From Ginkgo biloba (taxonomy: Eukaryota; Plantae; Ginkgophyta): 28,254 bases of DNA. The stretch covers positions 28,415,471-28,443,724 of the forward strand of contig JANKJI020000004.1 in assembly GCA_024626585.2 (NCBI GenBank), given 5' to 3'. Numbering within the stretch: the first letter of the stretch is position 1; each line of letters opens with the position of its first letter. The notes under the pieces are model-generated. The model searched no databases. It was not told where the DNA came from and saw nothing but the letters and a program-made list of their open reading frames with translations. This document shows, in pieces, positions 1 to 10,438 of the stretch. Made by a program: the position numbers and the translations under genes.

Positions 1-247
1 TAGCTCCCACTAATACATCAAGACCATATGTCCACCTTTGTAGTGTGTTAAGACCCTAGTTTTTACTCCTAATAGAGTGTAATCAACCTTTAATGCCTAT
101 TTCATACCTTCTCCTCAACTCCCATACATAAACTTGATGCATCACCCTACCTTAAAGAATTAAGTACGCTTGACTAGTTTTTGGTGGAAAGAAAAGGAAG
201 TAAGCCTTCAGGTAGGTTTAGTCTATACTAGGAAGCATAAACAAATA

Positions 248-592
248 TTTGGTTAGCAAGTAGTACCTCTAAAAGTTGCTAAAATAGTAGAAAAAAACTT
301 TGGCTAGAAAATATGGCCTTTAAAGGTCGCTAGAATGGCACTAGAAGACTTTGACTAGCAATTAAGACCTTTAAAATTTGCTAGAATAGTTGTAGGAGAC
401 TACAACCAATAAATATGGCCCCAAAAAGATGCTAAATAAGTATTAATACACTTCAACTAGAAATTATATCCTTTTAATGATGATATCACAATAGTGAAAG
501 ACTTCAACCAATAAGAATGACCTTTAAAAGGTGATAGAAAGCAACAACATACCTTTGGTCAGCAGTAAAAGTCCTTAACTAGAATTAGAAAG
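248..592. repeat. Degenerate 51-bp-period tandem array, ~7 units
   Basis: Units start at 248, 299, 350, 401, 452, 503 and 554. Approximate consensus TTYRRCTAGCAAnTATGRCCTTTAAAAGTTGCTAGAATAGTAGTAGAAGAC. Confidence 0.75.
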
Positions 593-1071
593 TGGAAGGG
601 CACTAAAATTGATGAGAGATGATGCCTGAATCACATAGCATGACATCCTTTTATACTTATACTAGTTGTAGGTTGATTACTCCATGTTAGATTCATACCA
701 AAATGTGTTTTGATCTTAAGCGTTGACTTTTAAGTGACACGTAGGATTAAGGAAGTGGCACTAAACCCTAGGTTAGATCTAACTCTTCTTTAAGATGCTC
801 ATCTAAACTTGTAAGGTACATGGTTACCTAATAGGGATAGTACTATATGAGGCTCCTTAATTAACGACATTTTCTAAGGCTTCTTTTAGCAAAAAATGGT
901 TTTCAACTCTTATAACGCCTCTTCTTAAGTACAAAAGGTTCCTTAATCTTATCATAAGGTTTTTTTAGACCCTTTGACCAACTTAGAACATCTTTGGCTG
1001 AGGTTGACTTGGATTATAACANNNNNNNNNNNNNNNNNNNNNNNNNNNNNNNNNNNNNNAATCTTGTTTGA

Positions 1072-1271
1072 TGTATAAGAGAATGATTAACATCACATTT
1101 TTTAGTAGTGATGGGGACCATCACAAAATAAGTAGGTTGGAATTGATATATCATGCGTATAGTTTTGACTATCTTCTTGCACTCCATATTAATAATTTTA
1201 TTATTACTCATTTCTTTCACATAAATTTATATAATGAAGGTTAATGATACATTTAGTTAGTGAATTTATTA
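1072..1271 (+). repeat. 5' part of an LTR-like dispersed repeat, truncated by a gap; homologous to 20868-21065
   Basis: Starts with TG and shares TAGTAGTGATGGGGACCATCACAAA...TAATAATTTTATTATTACTCATTTC...TGATACATTTAGTTAG with the second copy. Confidence 0.75.
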
Positions 1272-1371
1272 NNNNNNNNNNNNNNNNNNNNNNNNNNNNN
1301 NNNNNNNNNNNNNNNNNNNNNNNNNNNNNNNNNNNNNNNNNNNNNNNNNNNNNNNNNNNNNNNNNNNNNNN

Positions 1372-1426
<55 letters not shown>

Positions 1427-1661
1427 ATGTATGTATGTATGTATGTATGTATGTATGTATATATATGTGTGTGTATCTATGTACATACTTACATACACGT
1501 ACACACACACATATATATAAATGTGTGTGTTTGTATATACATACACACATATATACATATATATGTATGTGTGTGTGTATATATGTATGTATGTATTGTA
1601 TTATATGTGTATGTGTGTGTGTGTGTGTGTGTGTACACACACACATACATTTATGTATGTG
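1372..1661. repeat. Compound microsatellite (TA)n/(TG)n/(TATG)n/(CA)n
   Basis: Directly visible, adjacent to a gap. Confidence 0.95.
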
Positions 1662-1713
1662 TTGACATCTATTTTTGGTACTTGATTTACATAAGGGGAT
1701 AACGCTTTCTAAC

Positions 1714-2594
1714 TGTAACTCAGAGATTAAAGTACCAAAATGGCATAACAAGAAGGAGTTACAGGGCTCTTTATATTCTAGGGATAGTTCCCTTATTTCA
1801 AAAGAATAAAAAGAATTATTGGAATAGCTTGAGACTATTTACACTAAGCACACAATTGATGAAAATGGGGTCTGGCTCACGCCATACAATCTGTATAGAA
1901 TTTAAGTGAGAAAGATGAACAACTTCAACACTATAATGGAAGGGATCAATACTAGGATCAGTATGCTGGCAGGTCTAGGATTTTGATGCAGTCATAAAGG
2001 ATTGAGCATAATAAAGGCTAAAAGGAATGACTTTGTGATAATTTTAATCATAGAGAATGGGAATCATAAACACCACACATTAATCAGACAGAATCATCAA
2101 AATAATCATAGAGTATCATATCTCAACTCACATTCACTTTAAAATTTAAGAGCATGAAGAGATGAATCAGAAATCAAATCAGAATTCATTCAATGAGAAG
2201 ATTGAATTTACAACCAACATCACAACATAGTTAGAAATGAGAGTCAAAATCTTTCTTCTATTCAATTATCTAAAAACATTCCCACTTCGAGAGTGATATT
2301 TACACAGAAGTCATTTTTTCTTACAAAAAAATTATCTCTCCCTACATACAAAAAATTTGAACCGCCAAGATTTCATTTTCTTTCTTTCTTATAGTCCTTT
2401 GTACTTCTCTTTGTTCACATCTCTCATTGCATATTAGTAACCACTTCAATGATTATTAGTTGTAGCAAGTATTGCGTCCACCTTATCTCATTTATTGACA
2501 CATGCTCTTTAATGGCCTCCCAAGTGTTGCTTAGATTTTATGTACCAAAGAGAAATAATAATTTTTTACCAAAATGCCCAAGCTAGGGGTTACA
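1714..2594. mobile_element. Possible gypsy-type solo LTR
   Basis: Bounded by TGTAAC (1714) and GGGGTTACA (2594). TSD is unconvincing (CTAAC/CAAAA). Confidence 0.3.
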
Positions 2595-3683
2595 CAAAAA
2601 ATGAAATAGGCATAGGAGATAAGGTCCCTCTATTATTATAAGGGGCAACTCCCTAAGATATTTACAAAGTTACAAAAAGGGGGACAAATGGACATTATTT
2701 ACATAGTTATTTACACTGTACACTAAAGTTGTTTTTGCTTGAAAATAAAAATAAATACATATGAAATAAACCAAATGATATGAGAAAGGATAAGAGAATC
2801 TACTACCCCATTCTGATAATAGAGAAAACTTAAAAGTGGAAGTGAGGAAGGAAGAAATAAAAATAAAATAAACTCATTATTGAGCACCCTCTTAAGGATA
2901 CCTCTCATTAGTATAAAGGAGGTCCCTTAGGTCTTTTAAAAATGGGCCAGATTAGCTTGAATCATCAAGAATCAGCAACACCTTGTTCCCTTCTATCAAT
3001 AAGCTCTCAAAACTTCTTCCCTCTACCATCTTCTGGCAACACTTAAAATGTGTTTGAGTCTTTTTCCTCAAAGATCTTAAGGTGTTATGGATTAGATAAC
3101 AAATTGAAAAATATTGAATAAATAGGATATTCATCATTTAGGAATATGGGAGTTCAGAGTCCAAGATTTTGGAGCTTCCAAATCATGAGTTATCAAGGGT
3201 GAATCCTGAATAAATGAAGATCCCCAAAAGACTAGTTGTGGTGAAATATGTGTTGTTATATTATGACAAGTCCCACATCAATAAGAACCCACCTTAATTA
3301 GTGAACTTATCCTTTTACCTACTATGAATCCAAGTATTATCCCTTGCATCTCATACCATAGGAGGCATCGTGATTTTTTCCTCACATCAAGTATAGGTAT
3401 CAACTAGAGATTCCCTTTTGCATTTATAAATAATATTTAAATGTATCATCAAGGGGGATATACAGTAAATGAGGAGAGTCACCACATACTCAAACATATA
3501 TGGGAAGGAAGAGCCATTGGAACCAAAGGGGATCACTCAAGAGTAGATGCATAAGTTACAAGAGGTAGGAATGGATCACTCATNNNNNNNNNNNNNNNNN
3601 NNNNNNNNNNNNNNNNNNNNNNNNNNNNNNNNNNNNNNNNNNNNNNNNNNNNNNNNNNNNNNNNNNNNNNNNNNNNNNNNNNN

Positions 3684-4723
3684 GCAATTTTTGTTGGGGC
3701 ATATTAGAGTTGGATCCCATCAACTTAGGGTTGAGGCAGAGCACCACATACCCAGAGACCAATGTGTTTGCAAACTATGCTCACTTGAGGTTGAGACAAA
3801 GGAGCACTTCATTCTCCATTGCCCAATTTATTATGAGATCAAGGGTCTCTATTGGATCTTATTTTAGAGTTCAACTGGTTCACTTTCTATTTTTTTTCAC
3901 TATAAAGATTAGCGATGCTTGGCATTGTATATCAGGGAGATAGTTAGATCTATGAGACATCTCCTACATGCAAACACATGGCACCCAATACTCGCCTTAT
4001 CAACCTCTTTTTATCATCATGTTGATAGCATGGTGGGTCATAAATATAGTTTGGATTCTAGTGATGCTCCTAGTTCTATGAGACATTACATTATATCTCA
4101 ACCGACCATATAACTAGCACAATTTCCCCCTCATCCTTCTCGACGAACCAAACATGCTTCATAGGTCCATCCTTCTTGTTGAACCATACAGACATCACAG
4201 TTGCCTCACTAGTCTATTCAGCGAATTGATAATCTACACATTAGAGATCCCACTTTGAGATGAATGCATTGCCCACTTCTTTACCCCGGTGAGATTGAAT
4301 TCGACTTTGAATGATAAGAGAGTCACTCCTTTTTCCTCCTCTTCTATAGTATTTATGGGATCTACTTAACATCCTTCATAGAATCTTCATACCTTAGCCA
4401 TCGATAGAGTCATCACCATCAGAGCCTCCACAATCATCCTGGTTTTGCTAGCCTCCTCACACCATATTTATGGAGCTTTGTGGACAGTTTTTGGTTGCCT
4501 CAAAAATTCCTTCATAGCTTTCTCACACCCACTTTTATGCTACACTCATCTCATAGTTGTATTTCTTATATATTTAGCTTTCTTTTCTTTTATTTTCCTT
4601 AGTTTTATTGTAATCTAGAGATGCCTTATGCACTCCTTTTGATATTATTACATGCCTATATGTTTTCAGTCCCATTGACAGCTTTTGGTCACTCGTGGAC
4701 ATTAATATAATTTCTTTCTTTCT
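3684..4723 (+). mobile_element. 3' end of a decayed non-LTR retrotransposon (LINE ORF2 C-terminal CCHC region plus putative 3' UTR)
   Basis: IRVGSHQLRVEAEHHIPRDQCVCKLCSLEVETKEHFILHCPIYYEIK contains Cx2Cx8Hx4C and continues after a frameshift as FFHYKD*RCLALYIRE. The short (TTTC)3 tract at 4711-4722 may be the tail, so the right boundary is tentative. Confidence 0.72.
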
Positions 4724-5737
4724 AGTCATAAACGAAAACACTAAGGCCAAGTCACCTCATATAGATCCTATCATATTGAATATGCTTATTTTGCTTGTTA
4801 GGAACACGTCTATAAGCTTTAATGTTCTTAATTTAATATTGTCATAACACATATTTGTAATATTGATAATATAACAAATGTTGTCTTTGTAGTAAAATGT
4901 ACAAACTTCGTTGGCAACTTGTAATACATAATGATAAAGTTTTTGACCAATGAGTGAAAATAGTTGGAATTTTTCTTTTTTTAACCTTTTCTTCCTTCTG
5001 TTACATATCACACCTTGCATTTGTAGAATACTTTATACATTTAACTAGTAAGTTCTTGAACTATTTAGAAGATGAGATTTGCTATTAAATAGTTCAAATA
5101 GTTGATATTTTTAAAATTCATATTTTTGCTTATCAAGTTTTTAATCTAAGGAAAGCGTAGTAGAAGCTTAAAAGCAATATATTTCATTAGATACTAGATA
5201 TCTACAAATTAGTGCCAAGCTTTGACATTTGCGACTTTGTAGAGCCTCTATATATGGTATCATTTATATATCATAGTCTATATATCTAATGAGTAGATTT
5301 TAATAGATTAATGCATAGAAAATATCATGTTGCATAAAAGTTGAACAAAAGCTACTATCAATAAATAATTTCAAATGGTCTTATTATCTATTTTTTGGTT
5401 TCTTTTCTCACATTCTACAATAGATCTTTTTCTAGCAAAATACTCTATACCATTTTTTTTTTCCCTTTAGATGGAAGCAAAAAGGCAAGAGAGTGTTTAG
5501 ACCTACATGAGATGCATGCAAGTTTGAATATGAATGTGACTTCTCAACAAGTATTAACAAGAGTGTAAGCGTACATGATATATTTAGGTTGAAAAACTTT
5601 ACATGTACACCAAAAAAAATATTTTTTCTATAGTTTTGACAAGTACTAATGTAAATATTTATAACCTCCTAAAATCATATAGAAAAATAAACCATTCTAA
5701 TTGACCAAAACAAAAGGCACTAATCAAGGTCCCATCA

Positions 5738-5856
5738 GGAGTAAACTATCTAGGTGACAGATGGAAAGTCATCTACGCCTATAGATTACTCCAACTTTAT
5801 TGGAGTGATTTATAGGCGTAGATGATTTCCCATTTGTCCCCTAGATAGTTTACTCC
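5738..5856. mobile_element. 119-bp foldback MITE, Mutator-like (9-bp TSD)
   Basis: 57-bp arms (GGAGTAAACTATCTAGG...ACTCCAA and TTGGAGT...CCTAGATAGTTTACTCC) pair at 51/57 with a 5-nt loop. Flanks GTCCCATCA (5729-5737) and ATCCCATCA (5857-5865) match at 8/9. Confidence 0.85.
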
Positions 5857-6023
5857 ATCCCATCATACCTAGTGCAAATAGTAATAACATGAAACACATA
5901 ATGATTAAAAGGTTGAAAGTACTCTAGTACGTAATTAACAAAAACCCCTTGGTGGCAAATCCTTTCTCTCCTTTAACTCAAATTTTAAACATACAAAAAC
6001 AAAGATAAAATAAAATATATATG

Positions 6024-6615
6024 ATTAGAAATATGTCCATGATTGTATTCTTAAACTTAATCAACAGACGTGGGAATATGCTTTCAAATTTATCCATGGA
6101 AAAAAAAACAAATTGATTGATTTTGAATGCACATGCACAAGTGTTCACAAGAGTGATTTCAAATTGATTTTGACTTTGACTTTTCTTAATATCTTTTTCA
6201 AGTATACCTCATGCATATACAATTTTTTTGCACGTGGTCTATATAGAAAAATATAGGTGGCCATGCATAAATGGGATTGTAGAGAAGTCCTATCGAAACT
6301 ACATAGTGGCATGTAGAAAAGTAACATGAGGTCCCATGGAGTCGGCTTACTAAATTTTTATGCAACAAGAAGTTTGTGGAGCATTTGACCAAAAGTATAG
6401 GAGTAAACTGTGTAGGCGACAGATGGGAAGTCATTTATGCGTAGAAATCACTCCAATTTTATTGATTACGTGCTAGAGTACGCCTGGATAATCTAGAGAC
6501 GTAGATGACTTCCCATCTGTCGTCTGGATAGTTTACTCTAAAAGCATATCCTAAATGAATCAACCACATATTATCTAAGTGGTGGTCAATAGTCGGTGTT
6601 AAGTCACTCGCCATC
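6024..6615 (+). repeat. Local direct duplication of P450 upstream DNA, copy A (uninterrupted)
   Basis: 6024-6208 aligns to 7196-7400, and 6287-6615 aligns to 10439-10760. Confidence 0.9.
6400..6539. mobile_element. Second copy of the same MITE family (independent insertion site)
   Basis: GGAGTAAACTGTGTAGGCGACAGATGGGAAGTCAT...ATGACTTCCCATCTGTCGTCTGGATAGTTTACTCT, flanked by AAAAGTATA (6391-6399) and AAAAGCATA (6540-6548). Confidence 0.82.
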
Positions 6616-6780
6616 AGTGATCAAATTTGAAGGGTCACTATACATTTTTATTCGAAGGGCTTAATCATATGAAGCCCTTCNNNNNNNNNNNNNNNNNNNN
6701 NNNNNNNNNNNNNNNNNNNNNNNNNNNNNNNNNNNNNNNNNNNNNNNNNNNNNNNNNNNNNNNNNNNNNNNNNNNNNNNN

Positions 6781-7195
6781 TCAAATTATCTAGAGAAGTA
6801 GATTAGTTTTTTGCTCATCCTCCTTGCCCCACACCATCAACAATTTAGCACCATTGCTTGGAGCACTACTTGTAAAGAATTCAACATTAAAGCAAATCTA
6901 AAAAGAATTCCATCTCCAACATTCTTAGCCGTACAAGTTGATTGCATAGTGACTTTCTCCACACAAATCATGATGGCTTCCTGATAAGTAAAAATAAATA
7001 ATTGAATCGATTTATACGTATTGGACAATTGGAACAAGAGCCACATCAACTTAGATAAAATTTTGATTGTAATTTTAAATAATATTTTGACATGTAAAAT
7101 AAATTATAAACATCAGATGACACGCTATTTAAAATACAAAATCGTCATAAAAATTTTACTCGATAGCTAAGGGTATTCGTCAAATTTCAACCCTA
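6781..7195. mobile_element. Terminus of a second element of the same hAT-like family; its other end is not visible (gap 6681-6780)
   Basis: CGTCAAATTTCAACCCTA (7178-7195) matches CGTCAAATTCCAACCCCA (9899-9916) at 16/18. The preceding ~40 bp also align loosely (CGTCATAAAAATTTTACTCGA vs CATCATTAAAAATTAATTTGA). Confidence 0.55.
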
Positions 7196-7400
7196 ATTAG
7201 AAATATGTCCATGATTAATAATATATATATATTCTTAAAATTAATCAACAGAAGTGGGAATATGCTTTCAAATTCATCCATGGAAAAAAAACAAAGTGAT
7301 TGATTTGATTGATTTCGAATGCACATGCACAAGTTTTCACAAGAGTGATTTCAAATTGATTTTGACTTTGACTTTTCTTAATAACTTTTTCAAGTATACC
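7196..7400 (+). repeat. Duplication copy B, 5' part
   Basis: ATTAGAAATATGTCCATGATT...GAATGCACATGCACAAG...TTTTTCAAGTATACC is shared with 6024-6208. Confidence 0.9.
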
Positions 7401-7603
7401 TAGGGTTGGAATTTGCAAGGCGTATACACGTTTTTAACTTTGTTTCCTGTCATTTGACGAGAGAAAAAATAATTAAAACGTATTTGCAATGTTTAACATA
7501 ATTATAAAAACGTAAAAATGACGTTTAATAGCGTAATTTATATGCCAAATTTTATTTATACCTGTATATGTATATGTTGTATATGTGATTAATGCTTATA
7601 TTG

Positions 7604-7727
7604 ATATCTATGATCTTAGAAATTATGATTCATTAATCTATTTGCTTAAGAATCGGTGGGAAGTAATATCTATGATCTTAAAAATTCTGATTGGTTAATC
7701 TATTTGGTAAAAAATCGATGGACGGTG
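7604..7727 (+). repeat. Two-copy 62-bp tandem duplication inside the hAT-like element
   Basis: ATATCTATGATCTTA(G/A)AAATT...TTAATCTATTTG...AATCG starts at both 7604 and 7666. Confidence 0.75.
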
Positions 7728-8450
7728 AGCCAACGGCTGTCGAATTCACTTTGGTTAAATGTAAAACATTTATAATAAAACACATATTTTTTAATTTGTT
7801 TTTAATATCATTTGCTTTAAATCATGTCATTTGTTTCGTGGAGTTCTCTAATATCAGTGCCTTTGAATTGTGATCTGCCATTCGATTTTGTGGAGTTCTG
7901 ATTTGTGAATTAGGATTCAATCTCTATAAAATTCAAAAAAAAAACAGCCTATAATGCACAGTCAATTATGCAGCGTCTGCTTCTCTCCAGGTACATTCTG
8001 ATTCAAATATAGTTGTTGTTGCTAGTATTATGAAATCTGAACGTTGAAGCTTTTAATTTAAATAGCATTTTTTTCAATGCCATTGCCTTGCGATTGTTCT
8101 CCTTTAACAACCCTAGTGTTCATGTTAGTATTGAGGCCTTTAGTGAAATTGGATTGAAATAATGGGTAAAGAAATAATACCATCTTCTTCTCCTCGTGCT
8201 GTAATGCTTCTATGACTGCCATTGTCGATTCAACATTGCTAGGCTCCTCTCGCATTTGCATTTCCCTGTGACCAACATTCTAGTAAATTTTGCTTCGCAG
8301 AGAAAGGAATTTGTGTTCATGAATCTTTATTCCAATGTTGGTTGGAGTCGTCTACATCTTAGAGTTTAAATTTGTCTGTGAAATATGGACTTTAGCTTTA
8401 ATGATCCATTCAATAAAACGATCGTCTTTCTTTCATATGAATTATAAATT

Positions 8451-9089
8451 TCATTGCTCTAGGCTCCCAAACGATTCAGGTATGTCAATTATTGAAGAGT
8501 GGTCCAATTCAAGTTCTTTAAGAGAAGCGAGGTTATACAGGTATTTTGGCAGCTGCACCTAACTTTAACAGTTAGTAAGAACGAGTTTTTTTAATGAAGT
8601 GAATGTGAGATTACCAATGCTTTCTGGAAGTTCCTTCACATTTTTGCAATTGGATAAATCCTATAGCTTAAGTTTTGTGAGAATTCTGATAGATTCAGTC
8701 ACTCTTGCTAAATGCTCACATCCATTCAACTCGATCGTTTCTAAGAATGGCAGCGATGAAGAGTTGGGGAGTTTCTCTAACAATATCGACTTATTGAGGT
8801 TCAAAAACTTCATATTCATAAGATATTTGATCTGTTGCATAAGTAATTTAGATTTATTCTTAATTAATGGCCGTTGGCAAAAAAAACGTTTACACTGTAG
8901 ACAAAGTCTAATTCAAAAATTTAGAATTACTTTTGCTTGCAGTTTTTCATCCTAGACTTGCTTAATTTGACCTTCGGTCAACTCGAGCATAACCATATCA
9001 TTCATTTTCAGCTCTGGAGGTAAACATTCCAATGGACAGTGCACCCATTTGAGACATCTAAGATGTGCCAATAGCTTCTTGTAATTGTT
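8451..9089 (-). pseudogene. TIR-NB-LRR (TNL) resistance-gene fragment: NB-LRR linker exon end (9089-8931), 99-bp intron (8930-8832), start of LRR exon (8831-8451)
   Basis: Manual translation gives NNYKKLLAHLRCLKWVHCPLECLPPELKMNDMVMLELTEGQIKQV*DEKLQAK | GTAATT...CAACAG | IKYLMNMKFLNLNKSILLEKLPNSSSLPFLETIELNGCEHLARVTESIRILTKLKL*DLSNCKNVKELPESIGNLTFTSLKKLVLTNC*S*VQLPKYLYNLASLKELELDHSSIIDIPESFGSLEQ*. This matches the TNL LRxLxWxxCPLxxLP...IxxLW motif and LxxLxLxxCxxLxxLPxSIG repeats. Internal stops at 8952-8954, 8661-8663, 8565-8567 and 8559-8561. Confidence 0.88.
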
Positions 9090-10438
9090 GATTCGCCATC
9101 GAGGGCATGTTGTGCATAGGTTCAAAATAACTTGTCCTCAATGATTTTGTCTTCTCGTAATTATAGATAACACCTTAAACAATTTTGCTTCCCTGATTGA
9201 ATTAATTAAGGCAAAAACCAACATTAGTTGTGTTGCATCCGTCCAACAAAAGGGTAAGTTTTGATTGTCTATTTTTTTATTGGATGTTGCTACTTTTGAT
9301 TGGATTTCAGCGTTGATGGACAGAGTGCTCAAAGGCAACTCTTTGGGCTTCATAAATTATTGGAGTTCTTGTCCTTTTAATACATAATGTTCAAATTTAT
9401 GTGTCATGTTGTCCGGCTTATGTTTGAATAATTTTTCATCGACTTTGATTATATTATATAAAAATGCTCCTCTAATTTTCATTGTGAAAGAGTTCTCAAC
9501 ACCCTTCATATTTTGAATTGCAAATTAATTTTTTAGGGTAATGGATTTATGTTTATTTGTTGGTTTCAATTATGAACAAGCACATAAATTTTAATTTCTT
9601 TGAACTCTAAATTTGTGCCTTCAAATATTACTCTGCATATGAACCTTTCCATGGAGTTAACGCCCTATGACTTCACTCTATGACTATCTCGTTGGAGGTG
9701 TTTTATTTGGCATTTTTTATACATACAAAAATACAACTATTCAACTGAGTTGTATACATTTGAATCTATTTTGCCATGTATTGTATTGAGTGTTGTTTGG
9801 ATTTTTTATCTGCATGCAATCAGTTTGAAGGACATCAAATGAATGCAATACCTACGCTGAAAACATCATTAAAAATTAATTTGACAGGTGAGAAAGAACG
9901 TCAAATTCCAACCCCATGACTAAACGCGTTTTAAGGTTATCTTCAAATTAAGAAATGATCCTCGTGTGCTTATTGCGTGATAATGAGGTGTTTTTCAGCT
10001 TTCAAGTACAGATTGTGTGCGTCTGATTAGCGGTGGCGTTGCATAAAGGCTTAAAACCACCTGCAGACTCTCTTGATCAACCGTGGTACGAAATCTCCAA
10101 CGTGATCCCCCGCGAGGGGCCGTTTGGCGTTGAGAAGCGGAACAGGAGTATGAGAATCAGATGGGCCGGAATTAATCCAGCGCAAATCGAGTCCAGGCAA
10201 GAGCGTTGGAGGTAGTGCTGTAGCATGGGGTAAGATTGGTCCACCGTGCTTCCCTGGATTATAATAGAGATTATAGTGCTCACGATGATGGGGCATATTC
10301 ATGCGTAGCTTTGCCATGTACGTCCACATGCACTCGCANNNNNNNNNNNNNNNNNNNNNNNNNNNNNNNNNNNNNNNNNNNNNNNNNNNNNNNNNNNNNN
10401 NNNNNNNNNNNNNNNNNNNNNNNNNNNNNNNNNNNNNN

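Larger units (their letters stand above)
7401..9916. mobile_element. Non-autonomous hAT-like DNA transposon with captured gene fragments (Pack-hAT-like); the insertion may extend into the gap at 10339-10438
   Basis: Left end TAGGGTTGGAATTTG (7401-7415) and inverted CAAATTCCAACCCCA (9902-9916) match at 14/15. TAGGG termini are typical of plant hAT elements. The left end falls exactly where identity to the paralogous block (6024-6615) stops. ACGT/AAACG-rich subterminal region at 7420-7540. No transposase ORF and no TSD after 9916. Confidence 0.7.

Noticed and set aside
248-592. CRISPR-like array
   Set aside because: Whole units are homologous with no unique spacers, there are no cas genes, and the context is eukaryotic.
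1244-1751. Long ORFs rich in Y/I/V/C/H/T (also 26649-27053)
   Set aside because: These are translations of microsatellites and N-gaps.
6644-6680. GAAGGGCTT...AAGCCCTTC inverted repeat at a contig end
   Set aside because: Short and truncated by a gap, so it cannot be interpreted.
6837-7049. Minus ORF with faint resemblance to hAT transposase (IQLFIF...RFA...LQAMV)
   Set aside because: Similarity is too weak to support without an HMM search.
8335-8955. Plus-strand ORFs of 75 and 118 aa
   Set aside because: They are antisense shadows of the minus-strand LRR pseudogene.
9254-9310. Plus-strand GTAAGT...TTTCAG mini-intron inside the hAT-like element
   Set aside because: Only 57 bp, and the flanking translations are unrecognisable.
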